A stretch of 64,000 nt of DNA from Eledone cirrhosa (lineage: Eukaryota): the NCBI GenBank assembly GCA_964016885.1, contig OZ024740.1:246698001-246762000 (forward strand), read 5' to 3'. Positions 1 through 13,979 of this stretch are shown here, piece by piece (the first letter of the stretch is position 1; the number at the start of each line of letters is the position of its first letter). A program made the position numbers and the translations under genes. The notes under the pieces were generated by a model that was not told the DNA's origin, made no database searches, and saw only the letters and a list, made by a program, of their open reading frames with translations.

Positions 1-1090
1 TGGCCATAATATCTTCCAGGCTAAGTTCATGGTAGACTGCTTCACTTCTTCCCAAGATGCCTTGATGTTGTCTAAGCCGTGCTTGATGTTGCACAATTTC
101 CACCTTTCCCTGATCATGAGCTTATCAGGCCCATCTGTGCCCTTTATCAGCTGCTGCATGGTTCTCCGCTGGTAGTATGCCTTAAATGTTTGGATGACTG
201 TTTGATCCATTGGCTGAATGAGAGCTGTCGTGTTTGGGGGGAGAAACAAAACCTCAATATTTTCTGACCAGTCTTCCATTGCCCGTGGGTGGCTGGGGGC
301 GTTGTCCACTACTAGCAGAAAACGGTTGGCAATGTTGTTAGCTAATGCATATTCCTTAAGGGTTGGTGACAGATATGAGGTGAAAAAATCATCCTGGTGA
401 ATTGAAGTGATCAGCCATGCCTTCTTATTAGACTTCCATATCACTGGTAGGTATTGCTTAAGTAACCCCTTGAGTGCTCTTGGGGTTTCAGAATGGTAGA
501 TAATGAGTGGCTTTAGCTTTAAATCTCCTTCTGCATTCTCTCCAAGTAACAGAATAACGCGGTCCTTTGAAGCTTTGAACCCTTCGCACTTTTCTCCGCC
601 TTGTCAATATAAGTATTACTGGTCATCTTTTTCCAATAAAGTCCTGTTTCATCATAATTATTAACCTGTTTTTTGCTGTACCCCTTCTCTGCAATGCATT
701 TCTCTAACTCTGCCTTGAATTTTTCAGCACTCTCTTTGTCAGAACTGGCAGCCTCACCTGTAACTTTATGTTGTGAAGACTCGAACGTCGTTTGAACTTA
801 TCAAACCAGCCTTTGCTTGCCTTTAATACAAAGTCCTCCACCCCATTTCAGTCTTGAGCCTGTCAATAATGGACAACGCTTTCTCACTGATTACATTTAA
901 AGACAGAAGCATATTTTGACGATTTTGGTCGTCTATCCAAATTTTGAGCAACCTTTCCATCCTATCCATAATCGGCTCACGATGTTTGGTCAACAATTTA
1001 CTCTGTAGATTCGTAGCATTCTCCCCAGCTTTTTTGACGGCCTCACTATTTTTAAAACAGTCCTGACTGTAGACTGGGCTACGCTCTTCC
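1..1090 (-). mobile_element. Decayed Tigger/pogo-family DDE transposase (CENP-B HTH plus DDE_1), running off the window start
   Basis: Manual minus-strand translation gives QSTVRTVLKN...MERLLKIWIDDQ, KASKGWFDKFKRR, NYDETGLYWKKM, ASKDRVILLLGENAEGDLKLKPLIIYHS, VVDNAPSHP and FLPPNTTALIQPMDQTVIQTFKAYY, interrupted by frameshifts/stops. Confidence 0.9.
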
Positions 1091-1130
1091 TCATGCGTTT
1101 GGCCTTTCCATCTGCATCAACAATATTCGT

Positions 1131-1335
1131 ATCACGGCATATCTTATAACCCCATGAGATATGGGGTTATAAGATATGACGTGATAATTATGCTCCAAAA
1201 ACACGCCGTCGGGAGTTCTCTTACTTTGAATAACGTCATAACTCTTAACTGATCACTTCAGTTCGGCAAAAATTCTCTCACTGAGAGAACACGCAAGTTT
1301 GCCGAACTGAAGTGATCAGTTAAAAGTTATGACGT
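1131..1335. repeat. Two adjacent hairpin-type inverted repeats
   Basis: 1131-1185: 25-bp arms (1 mismatch) around gagat. 1233-1335: about 38-bp arms (acgtcataactcttaactgatcacttcagttcggcaaa / tttgccgaactgaagtgatcagttaaaagttatgacgt) enclosing a small ttctctca-c-tgagagaa hairpin. Confidence 0.85.
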
Positions 1336-2290
1336 CATCGACCGATATCTGAACTCGCTCGTGATTGACCAGTTTCTCTGTAAGGTCAGTTAGTACGATA
1401 GCTGTAGTAACACAATTTTCCTAGAATTGCAGTCAGTTTCCACAAATTCAAGGGGGAATTTATTGCTTACTAGAGGTGGCGCTACGGTACAATATAAACA
1501 AAACACCACCAAAAACCGTATCTGTGAATTTTTTTTACCGTAAATAGAATTGATGGTAGTAATCACCCAAAACCGTATCTGTGAATTTACCGGATAAAGA
1601 ACTACCCACTGTATATATAAGTATATATATTTAGTCTGATTTTCCGCCTTAGGTCCAGTTTCCCCAATGAACCTAACTCCCCTCCCCAATTTCTGTAATA
1701 TTACACACATATGTTCGTGCTTACTTCTCTACCCCTTACCACCGTTACCTTTACCCCGTCCGTTGTCAGACACACGTGCGTACTTTCACCCCTAGGTGCA
1801 CACACACACACACCTCTACATTTACCGCCACAGCTCCGTACACACACACCCTTATATACATATACTTTTGCTCACAGCTTCGTACTTACAGGCACACACA
1901 CACACACACGCCCCCCACACACAAACACACACATACATACACTCTTTTACTTACATATACCACACATATCCGCTTAGCTTCGTACGAACGTATAACGCAC
2001 AGACACACACACAAACATGTACACACACTCACACACATACACAGACAGACAGACGTAATCGCACGTGCACATGTATAGCTCTTAATACAAAACGGTTTTT
2101 TTCCCTTTCAGATAGACGCACTCCATCATCACCTTTTCAAAAATTATATCATACACAAAACGCCAACATCAAGTTTTCCAAGAGATGGCATCATGGATGA
2201 ATCTGTTATTTTTCTCTTAAACATTTATTTATGTTTCCACCCTGCCCATCTCGTCAATCTTTCTATTTATTCTTTAATTTCTCATTCTAT

Positions 2291-2324
2291 CTTCTGATAA
2301 AGGACTAGCGTCCGAAACGTTAAG
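2291..2324 (+). ncRNA. Degenerate minimal type-I hammerhead ribozyme (PLE pLTR type)
   Basis: ctt-CTGATAA-a-ggac-tagc-gtcc-GAAA-CG-TT-aag. Stems I and II pair and stem III is the palindrome ACGT, but core G8 is A without a compensating change. Confidence 0.55.
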
Positions 2325-2415
2325 TCTTTTTTTCCTACTAGTGAGAAACTAATAATATATTTCTTGATTGTATTGTACTGTGTCGATTGGTTTGTTATTT
2401 CTATTTGCCTTTTGC

Positions 2416-2497
<82 letters not shown>

Positions 2498-2639
2498 TCA
2501 GGTTTGAGGTTCACCACTGTATAGAGCTGGTCTATTCTGTATGGTCAATCGTAATGCAATAATATAGAGAGTACTCAACGTAAAGCAGTTCAACCGTCTT
2601 TGTTTTTGTAGTTGGTGGTGCTATTACGGAGTTAAATAT

Positions 2640-3520
2640 TATAATGAAATGACTCAGCGTGGCTTAGTTCGCCATGGGGCCCGGGGCGTGGCCGGTGTTT
2701 TAACCGCCAAATGGTACCTTTAAATCACAGAACAAATCGGAACTATTAGATATATCAACCTGAAACTGTTGGGCTTTAAATTTTCTAACCTCTTTAATAT
2801 GGAATATTGATTATTAATTTTTTAACTTCATCCTATAAGTCTAAACATTGTAACACACTGGCCCCCAATATATTCACCTCTGCTAAGATGCGAGTCCCTG
2901 TGAAAATTTTGTCGCGCCACTCCTTGCCCGACTGTGGTGTGACATCGACCTTCCTTCCTCTCTCTTTCTATCTTCCTTCTTGTAGCTATCAACCATTACT
3001 CTTTTACTTCTCTAAGCAAAATTTTAAAGTTCCAACTTTCTGTCGGACTGTTGGGTGGGTTTTAATGGCGGCGCGACCAGCTCCCTGGCGAACGAGCTCA
3101 CCTGGAGTGCTTGGAAAAATAAATTTCCCCTTCTTTCAGTAAATGAAAATACTCGGCGTAGCTTAATTCGCCATGGGGCCCGGGGCGCGGCCGGTGTTTT
3201 AACCGCCACATAGTACCTTTAAATTACAGAACAAATCGGAACTATTATATAATTAAATGTTAAACTGTTGAACTTTAAATTTTCTAACCTCTTTAATATT
3301 GAATATTGATTATTAATTTTTTAACTTCATCCTAGAAGTCTAAACACTGTAACACACGGACTCCCAATATATTCACCTCTGCTAAGATGCGGGTCCCTGT
3401 GAACATTTTCTCGCGCCACCCCTGGCTTGACTGTGGTCTGACATTAATATCGACCTTTCTTCCTCTTTCTTTCTATCTTCCTTCTTGTAGCCATCAACCC
3501 TTACTTTTCTACTTCTCTCT
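2640..3520 (+). repeat. Partial tandem duplication, period about 499 bp
   Basis: actcagcgtggcttagttcgccatggggcccggggcg at 2652 recurs as actcggcgtagcttaattcgccatggggcccggggcg at 3151; similarity continues for about 370 bp. Confidence 0.85.
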
Positions 3521-3799
3521 TCCCTTCTTTCTCTTCTCCCCTCCTCCTGTCTTCCTCCCGCAGACTTATCTTCCTTCCCCCTCTTGCTTTCCTATATCTG
3601 ACCGGTAGTAGTTGCCTTTCTTCTTTTAGCTGACATTAACCCTGGCTTCTCTTCTTCCTTCTTCCCCCTTCTTCTCTCTCCTTCCTTTCTTTCTTTCTTT
3701 TACCTTGTGTCATGAGATCGACGTTAACTTATGCTCCCATCCCTTTCTGTTTTCGTTTATCTGACCGGTAGTAGCATACTATAAATTTTAGCACGTCAC

Positions 3800-4130
<331 letters not shown>

Positions 4131-4298
4131 ATATATATATATATAATTTATATTCCAGCTCTGTAACACATCTGATGTATTTACATTGAACTATTTTTCT
4201 TACAGGTAATAAGGTAGTAATGAATTACTGACCTTTCCTGTTTATAATTATATATAGTGTATATATAAGTATAAATAATATATATATATATGAACATT

Positions 4299-4393
4299 TT
4301 TAACCCCGTCGGCAGAGCTCAAGCTGTTTCGACGACTATTTCTAATCCAGAAATACCCACCGAAAAGGCTTGAGCTCTGCCGTCGGGGTTAAA
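4299..4393. repeat. Inverted repeat, about 26-bp arms
   Basis: tttaaccccgtcggcagagctcaagc ... gcttgagctctgccgtcggggttaaa, one mismatch. Confidence 0.8.
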
Positions 4394-4480
4394 CATTTAC
4401 CTATTACCCACTCTACTACCCTAACTATTGAGTGCTCTGGTGCGTTATGGTCCATCTGGTTCCTTACCACACCTCCTTCG

Positions 4481-4556
<76 letters not shown>

Positions 4557-4850
4557 CCGCATGTATCTGTGTGTTTCTAAATATATTGTTCATAACTCCC
4601 TCTGGTCGAGTAATCTTTGAAGTGTAGTGACTGCTGGAAAGCTGCCATTACTCATACTTCTCGTCTCCTTTACCACCTCTTCTACGGCTTCGATATAAAT
4701 ACCCCCTCCGAATCCGTGGTATTTTCTTCGGGGTTATAAGAGGCTTAGCTCTGTTTCTCGACCGTTATATCGCGTGACTATCTCCCCCTCCGCCTTTTGG
4801 GATTCTTTCTCACGTCGTGTAGACGCGTTCTTGAAGCTATAAAATGAGAT

Positions 4851-4943
4851 ATCCTCTTGATAAGTCGGCAGACCTCGCAGGGGCTCTATATCTTTATGAT
4901 GTACTGTTTTTGTTTATGCCACGAAACTACGTAGTCGAGGAAT
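4851..4943 (+). ncRNA. Type-I hammerhead ribozyme, U3:A8 core variant, copy 1
   Basis: atcctc-TTGATAA-gt(c)ggca...tgccac-GAAA-CT-ACGT-AG-TC-gaggaat. Stem I cctc/gagg, stem II gtggca/tgccac with a bulge, palindromic stem III, GUC triplet. Confidence 0.7.
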
Positions 4944-5442
4944 CTAGGAGCAGTTTAGGTATGATACATTTTATTACTAATTATATCTAAATGTTCCTTC
5001 TCTCTTCATAATGTATTTTTAACTCTGATACTGGTTCAGTCTGGTTCAACCGGATTGGTCTGTCCCAGTCATTCATTGAGCAACATCGGTAAGGTTGGCA
5101 CCATTAACTCACGGTTGGGTGTGGATGCATTCATGTATATGTGTGTGTCCGCATGTATCTGTGTGTTTCTAAATATATTGTTCATAACTCCCTCTGGTCG
5201 AGTAATCTTTGAAGTGTAGTGACTGCTGGAAAGCTGCCATTACTCATACTTCTCGTCCCCTTTACCACCTCTTCTACGGCTTCGATATAAATACCCCCTC
5301 CGCCTCCGTGGTATTTTCTTCGGGGTTATAAGAGGCTTAGCTCTGTTTCTCGACCGTTATATCGCGTGACTATCTCCCCATCCGCCTTTTGGGATTCTTT
5401 CTAACGTCGTGTAGACGCGTTCTTGAAGCTATAAAATGAGGT

Positions 5443-5535
5443 ATCCTCTTGATAAGTCGGCAGACCTCGCAGGGGCTCTATATCTTTATGATGTACTGTT
5501 TTTGTTTATGCCACGAAACTACGTAGTCGAGGAAT
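5443..5535 (+). ncRNA. Type-I hammerhead ribozyme, U3:A8 core variant, copy 2
   Basis: Same motif as 4851-4943, exactly 592 bp downstream. Confidence 0.7.
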
Positions 5536-5602
5536 CTAGGAGCAGTTTAGGCATGATACATTTTATTACTAATTATATCTAAATGTTCCTTCTCTCTTCA
5601 TA

Positions 5603-5697
<95 letters not shown>

Positions 5698-5799
5698 ATA
5701 CTCTGTTGAGTATTCGATACTTGGGGTAGTAGAGTATGGTTATATATAGAGTCGTTTCAACAGCTAGTGACTGGCACCGACTCATTATGATACACACAC

Positions 5800-5869
<70 letters not shown>

Positions 5870-5910
5870 GATATTAACAAATGGAAACTATATTTATAAA
5901 ACCATATTTA

Positions 5911-5971
5911 TTTCATTATACATATTTCAAGGACACCAAGTTAAATTATGGTGTGCTTTCATCAGATAAAA
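5911..5971 (-). ncRNA. Minimal type-I hammerhead in an AT-rich PLE-type repeat; family also at 48380-48700
   Basis: Reverse complement reads ttttat-CTGATGA-aagcacacca...tggtgtcctt-GAAA-TATGTA-TA-atgaaa. Confidence 0.65.
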
Positions 5972-6430
5972 TATAATATAGAGCAGTTTTATAAATAAAT
6001 ATTGACATACCCTTAAAGAATGCAACCATTACTGTTGGAAGCTCCCTATATATATATAGTAATGATAAATGTGAAGACTAACTGAAATCCGAAGAGAGCT
6101 CGATAAAGATTATATATATACATAAACACGTAGAGCAAATATTTATAACTACAGATAAAAGTTTAAGCAAAGAATCGCCGCTTTCACCGTTTTACACACA
6201 CACACTCACACACTCACACACAGATACACACACACACATGTATATAAACACGTGTGTGGGTGTGTTTGTATGTGCGTGTGTGTGTGTGTGATCGTGTTTG
6301 TGTATGCGTTTGTGTGTGTGTGTGAGTGTAATTGTGTGTGTGTATTAGAGTGTGTTTGTGTGTGTGTGTGATTGTGTTTGTATGTGTGTGTGTGGGGGGG
6401 TGAGTGTGTGTGTGTGTGTGTGTGTGTGTA

Positions 6431-6495
<65 letters not shown>

Positions 6496-6699
6496 GCGAA
6501 TTGGCAAACTCATAGTGCATGTATTACATATTAGAGAAATATTAGATTCTAAGATGACAACCATGTTATTCTCTTATGTTTTATGTTTATATTTAGAAAC
6601 CAGATTCACTTGGTTTTGTAAACTCTGTGGATTGAAGATGTGAAACAATCCCTTGATTGTCTACGTTGGCATACAGTCCTAAAATAAACACGTAGCCTC

Positions 6700-9600
6700 A
6701 CCACCACCACCACTTCCACAACCACTACCTCCACCACCACCACCTCCACCACCACGACTACTATCACCACTACCACCACCACCACCACCACCACGAACAC
6801 CACGAACACCACCAACATCACCACCACTACCACCACCACCACTACTATCACCACTACCATCACCACCACCACTACTATCACCACTACCATCACCACCACC
6901 ACTACTATCACTACAACCACCACCACCACTACTACTATCACCACCACCACCACTACTATGACCACTACCACCACCACCACCACTAGTATCACCACAACCA
7001 CCACCACCACTACTATCACCACTACCACCTCCACCACCACAACGAACACCACGAACACCACCAACATCACCACCACCACCACCACCACTACTATCACCAC
7101 TACCATCACCACCACCACTACTATCACTACAACCACCACCACCACTACTACTATCACCACCACCACCACTACTATCACCACTACCACCACCACCACTACT
7201 ATCACCACAACCACCACCACCACTACTATCACCACAACCACCACCACCAATACTATCACTACTACCACCACCACCACTACTATCACCACTACCACCACCA
7301 CTACTACTATCACCACTACCACCACCACCACTACTATCACCACTACCACCACCACCACTACTATCACCACTACCACCTCCACCACCACTACTATCACTAC
7401 CGGCACCACCACCACCACCACCACCAACCAGCACCACCAATACTATCACCACCACCACTACTATCACCACTACCACAACCACCACTACTATCAACGCTAC
7501 CACCACCACCACTACTATCACCACTAGCACCACGACCACCACTACTGTCACCACCGCCACCACCAACCACCACCACCATCACCACCACCACCACCACCGC
7601 CACCACAACTATCACCACCACCACTACTATCACCACCGCCACCACCACCACCACCACCACCACCACCTCCACCAGGACTACTATCACCACTACCACCACC
7701 AACACCACCACCATCACCACCACCACCACCACTACTATCACCACAACCACCACCACCACTACTATCACCACTACAACCACCACCACCACCACCACTACTA
7801 TCACTACCGCCACCACCACCACCACCACCAACCACCACCACCACCAACCACAACCACCACCACCGCCACCACAACCACCATCACCACCACTACTATCACC
7901 ACTACCACTACTATCACTACTACCACCACCACCACTACTATCACCACAACCACCACCACCACTACTATCACTACTGCCACCACCACCACTACTATCACCA
8001 CTCCCACCACCACTACTACTATCACCACTACCACCACCACCACTACTATCACCACAACCACCACCACCACTACTATCACCACTACCACCAACACCACCAC
8101 TACTATCACTACCGCCCCCCACCACCACCCACACCAGCAACCACACCACCATCACCGCCACCACTACTATCACCACTACCACCACCACCACTACCACCAA
8201 CACCACCACTACTATCACTAGCGCCCCCGCCCCCCACCGCCACCCACACCAGCAACCACACCACCATCACCACCACCACCGCCACCACTACTATCAGCAC
8301 TACCACCACCACCACCACCACCACCACGAACACCACGAACACCACCAACATCACCACCACCACTACTATCACCACTACCTCCACCACCACCACTACTATC
8401 ACCACTACCATCACCACCACTACTATCACCACCACCACCACCACCACCACTACTATCACCACTACCACCACCACCACTAGTATCACCACAACCACCACCA
8501 CCACCACCACTACTATCACCACCACCACCAACACCACCACTACTATCACCACTACCACCACCACTACTACTATCACCACAACCACCACCACCACTACTAT
8601 CACTACAACCACCACCACCACTACTATCACTACAACCACCACCACCACTACTATCACTACTACCACCACCACCACCACTACTATCACCACTACCACCACC
8701 ACTAATACTATCACCACTACCACCACCACCACTACTATCACCACTACCACCACCACCACTACTATCACCACCACCACTACTATCACCACAACCACCACCA
8801 CCACTACTATCACTACTACCACCACCACCCCTACTATCACCACTACCACCACGACCACCACTACTATCACCACCACCACCGCCACCAGAACTATCACCAC
8901 TACCACCACCACTACTATCACCACCGCCACCACCACCACCACCACCACCACCACCATGACTACTATCACCACTACCACCACCACCACCACCACCACCACC
9001 ACCACGACTACTATCACCACTACCACCACCAACACCACCACCATCACCACCACCACCACCACTACTATCACCACCACCACTACTATCACCACTACCACCA
9101 CCACCAGTACTATCCTCACTACCACCACCACCAGTACTATCAACACTACCACCACCACCACTACTATCACCACAACCACCACCACGACTACTATCACCAC
9201 TACCACCACCAACACCACCACCATCACCACTACCACCACCACTACTATCACCACCACCACTACTATCACCACTACCACCACCACCACTAATATCACCCCA
9301 ACCACCACCACCACTACTATCACCACTACCACCACCACCAGTACTATCCTCACTACCACCACCACCAGTACTATCAACACTACCACCACCACCACTACTA
9401 TCACCACAACCACCACCACCACTACTATCACCACTACCACCACCACCACTATTATCACCACCAGCGCCACCACTACTATCACCACAACCACCACCACCAC
9501 TACTATCACCACAACCACCACCACCAATACTATCACTACTACCACCACCACCACTACTATCACCACTACCACCACCACTACTACTATCACCACAACCACC

Positions 9601-10822
9601 ACCACCACTACTATCACCACAACCACCACCACCAATACTATCACCACTACCACCACCACCACTACTATCACTACAACCACCACCACCACTACTATCACCA
9701 CAACCACCACCACCACTACTATCACTACAACCACCACCACCACTACTATCACCACAACCACCACTACCACTACTATCACCACAACCACCACCACCACTAC
9801 TACTATCACTACCACCACCACCACTACTATCACTACAACCACCACCACCACTACTATCACCACAACCACCACCACCACTACTATCACCACTACCACCACC
9901 ACCACTATTATCACCACCAGCGCCACCACTACTATCACCACAACCACCACCACCACTACTATCACCACAACCACCACCACCAATACTATCACTACTACCA
10001 CCACCACCACTACTATCACCACTACCACCACCACTACTACTATCACCACAACCACCACCACCACTACTATCACCACAACCACCACCACCAATACTATCAC
10101 CACAACCACCACCACCACTACTATCACTACAACCACCACCACCAATACTATCACTACTACCACCACCACCACTACTATCACTACAACCACCACCACCACT
10201 ACTATCACCACAACCACCACCACCACTACTATCACTACAACCACCACCACCACTACTATCACTACAACCACCACCACCACTACTATCACCACAACCACCA
10301 CCACCACTACTATCACCACCACCACCACCACCAATACTATCACCACAACCACCACCACCACTACTATCAACACTACCACCACCACCAATACTATCACTAC
10401 TACCACCAACACCACTACTATCACCACTACCACCACCACCACTACTATCACCATTACCACCACCACCACTACTATCACCACTACCACCTCCACCACCACT
10501 ACTATCACTACCGGCACCACCACCACCACCACCACCAACCACCACCACCATCACCACCACCACCACCTTCGTCGCCACCACCACCACCGCCACCACAACC
10601 ACCATCACCACCACTACTATCACCACTACCACCACCACCACCACTACTATCACCACCGCCACCACCACCACCACCACCATCACCATTACTATCACCATTA
10701 CTATCACCACCACCACCACCACCACCACCACCACCACCACCACCACCACCACCACCATCACCACCATCACCACCACCATCACCACCATCATCACCACCAC
10801 CACCACCACCGCCACCGCCACC
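6700..10822. repeat. About 4.1-kb (ACC)n-derived compound minisatellite with a dominant 27-bp unit
   Basis: Unit of the form accaccaccaccactactatcacyacm. It reads as poly-T(8)I on +, and V(8)I or GGGGSGDSS on -. Rare variant blocks such as acgaacaccacgaacaccaccaacatc recur. Confidence 0.95.
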
Positions 10823-11285
10823 GATGTGACTCACTAAATTAGATATGTATTCCTCACTTTAAGATAAAATAAAAATACACAGAATTGTTGCATCGGTGAA
10901 AGAATATCATTGCACTCTCCGTCACGCCCCTCTCTATCTCTCTGTCTCTCTATCTCCACAGCTCCCTCTCTCTATCTCTCTATCTCTCTATCTCCACGAA
11001 CTCCCTCTCTCTATCTCTCTATCTACCCATCTCTATTCCTATCTGCTTTATTCACCTCAAATATTTGCCTCTCATCTTCCTTACTCTTTTTTTTCAACGT
11101 CTCTATAACTCTATCTGGTTTTCTTTCTATGCATATACACAAACATATATATATGCGTGTGTATGTATGTATGTATGTATGTATGTATGTATGTATGTAT
11201 GTATGTATGTATGTATGTATGTATGTGTGTATGTGTGTATGTATGTATGTATGTATGTATGTATGTATGTATGTATGTATGTATG

Positions 11286-11635
11286 TTCTTCTGGTTTTAT
11301 AATTTCACAAGGTTTTACCAATAGAGAGTGAGTCGGTTTCTAACATATACACAAGTCTCTCTCATTGGAATTTACACAATATCAACTAGGTAGATATGTA
11401 TGTATGCATGCATGTGTAGATATGGATGTGCATGTTTTGAGTTGTATGTGTGCATGTGTATATGCTTTGCATCTGTACATGTGTAAATGCAGTTATTAGA
11501 TGCAAAATTTCTGGAATGTTTTACATATTTTTACTGTTCCATTAATGGATTGTACTTGTAATTTCCTAACTAGTTGTGTTTTTTCTGTTCCTGTGAAGCC
11601 TAGCTTCTCAAGATTTGTATTGAGGCAGTTACTAA
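11286..11635 (-). mobile_element. 3' fragment of the R4/Dong-like family at 21426-23610, with a (CATA)n tail
   Basis: Reverse complement matches 23250-23610 (e.g. ttccaatgagagag...tgttagaaaccgactc); adjoins (TATG)n at 11160-11285. Confidence 0.8.
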
Positions 11636-11855
11636 CATACATTCATACATACATACATGATACTAACATACATACATACATACATGTATGTATGTATGGA
11701 TTTATGTATATATAAATGTGCATATACACATATATATTCAAACATATATATATATATATATTAAAGAGTTAAACAAGATTCAATGAGTACATCAAAGAAT
11801 AAGTTTTACAGTAGATTGGAAACAATCTACAGTAAATAATTTTCCAGAGTTATTA

Positions 11856-12116
11856 ATATTAAAATACAAATATTAATAAAATAGATGTTCTTTTGATCAA
11901 TTAAATTTTATTATTTTATTATACATATTTCAGAGGTACCCTGAGATGTTAAATGGTTAAGATTTAATCTACCTTGATTAAATCTTAACCATTTAACATC
12001 TCAGGGTATGTCATGTATCATTATATTTTGTCTGATGAGGACGTGTACCTCTGAAATATGTATAATAAAATTTAATTGATCAAAAGAACATCTATTTTAT
12101 TAATATTTGTATTTTA

Positions 12117-12120
<4 letters not shown>
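11856..12120. repeat. Nested inverted repeat containing a hammerhead at 12025-12071 (+)
   Basis: Outer arms of about 75-85 bp and an inner near-perfect hairpin at 11937-12008; attttgt-CTGATGA-ggacgtgtacctct-GAAA-TATGTA-TA-ataaaat. Confidence 0.75.
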
Positions 12121-12147
<27 letters not shown>

Positions 12148-12166
12148 CAAACATATATATATATAC

Positions 12167-12201
<35 letters not shown>

Positions 12202-12214
12202 CATACATACATAC

Positions 12215-12663
12215 ATGGTGGCTGCCAACTCGATTTCGAGTACGGCCACTACTTTATATCCATGTAGGAGAACCCCTACCAATGCGCTGAACAAGTGTGA
12301 ATTTTTAGTCCAGCCAGCGACTTGAAAACTCTGGTACAAACACTACACTTGTGACAATTATTGACACATAGTGCCGGGCCCATGGCACCATGTGACGACA
12401 AGTGCAGAGAGATCTCCAGATATAAAGCAATGCCTGTGCCGTGAAGCTTTTATAGTGATCAAAGGCACTGCACAAAGCCAGTCCCACTCTCTTAACCAAG
12501 ATAATATTTACCAAAAAGAAGAACAAGTCAACATCATTGGATACCATCAGGGTTGCAGGTGTTATATCAGAGTTTTCCTTCTCCTAGAATTCTGCCTTGA
12601 CAAAGGCTAAGGGGTCATCTCTCCCGGTGATTTTGGATGGCCATTGACTCTTAGGGCAAAGGA
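12215..12663 (-). mobile_element. 5'-truncated copy of a ~610-bp non-autonomous retroelement (RTE-like 5' UTR motif)
   Basis: Nearly identical to 20742-21180; (ATGT)n tail at its 3' end; contains ggagaaggaaaactctga. Confidence 0.7.
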
Positions 12664-12728
12664 TATATATATATATATATACATATATACATACATATAT
12701 ATTCAAACAGACATATATGTATATATAA

Positions 12729-12778
<50 letters not shown>

Positions 12779-12852
12779 TTATAAATATATATATATATAA
12801 TATACATACACACACACATATATATATATATACATACATGCACACATGCATA

Positions 12853-12885
<33 letters not shown>

Positions 12886-12945
12886 TACACACACACACAT
12901 ATATATATATATATATTTATAAATATTTATATATACATATACATT

Positions 12946-13012
<67 letters not shown>

Positions 13013-13024
13013 GCACACATGCAT

Positions 13025-13094
<70 letters not shown>

Positions 13095-13310
13095 CACACG
13101 ATTATGTTTGTTGATAAAAGTGCTTAGTGATTTTATGTGACGACAACAAATGTGTATGAGGAAGACGTGGGAGGAGGAGAGGAAGTTTGACTTTCTTCCA
13201 ACAAAATTGTAATCTTATTCTGCTACTTTTTAATAAAATATTCTAATGAACACAGTTCCTCGCAATTGTGAGCATATATTGATGTTTCAATACACACATA
13301 CACACACACA

Positions 13311-13352
13311 CAATCTTATTCAGACATACTGAGAATGTACACACACACACAG

Positions 13353-13384
<32 letters not shown>

Positions 13385-13420
13385 TTATTCAGACATACTG
13401 AGAATGTACACACACACACA

Positions 13421-13487
<67 letters not shown>

Positions 13488-13611
13488 ACACAATCTTATT
13501 CAGACATACTGAGAATGTACACACACACACACACACAGACACACAGACACACACACATACATACACACAATCTTATTCAGACATACTGAGAATGTACACA
13601 CACACACACAG

Positions 13612-13644
<33 letters not shown>

Positions 13645-13889
13645 TACACACACAATCTTATTCAGACATACTGAGAATGTACACACACACACAGACACAC
13701 ACACAGACACACATACACACACAATCTTATTCAGACATACTGAGAATGTACACACACACACACAGACACACACACAGACACACACACACACATACACACA
13801 CAATCTTATTCAGACATACTGAGAATGTACACACACACACAGACACACACACACACACACACACAATCTTATTCAGACATACTGAGAAT

Positions 13890-13975
<86 letters not shown>
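13311..13975. repeat. Minisatellite of 8 identical ~29-bp units (caatcttattcagacatactgagaatgta) separated by variable (CA)n
   Basis: Units start at about 13311, 13380, 13491, 13568, 13653, 13722, 13801 and 13864. Confidence 0.95.

Positions 13976-13979
<4 letters not shown>

Larger units (their letters stand above)
4549..5608 (+). repeat. Near-identical tandem repeat (period 592 bp), each copy carrying a hammerhead-like motif; flanked by (TA)n
   Basis: About 465-bp copies at ~4549-5016 and ~5141-5608, separated by about 120 bp of unique sequence. Confidence 0.9.

Noticed and set aside
6606-10842. Long poly-Val, poly-Thr and Gly-rich ORFs as protein-coding genes
   Set aside because: Several frames on both strands are open simply because the ACC-derived repeat lacks stops; no supporting gene structure.
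13311-13975. CRISPR array
   Set aside because: Spacers are (CA)n microsatellite rather than unique sequence, there are no cas genes, and the context is eukaryotic.
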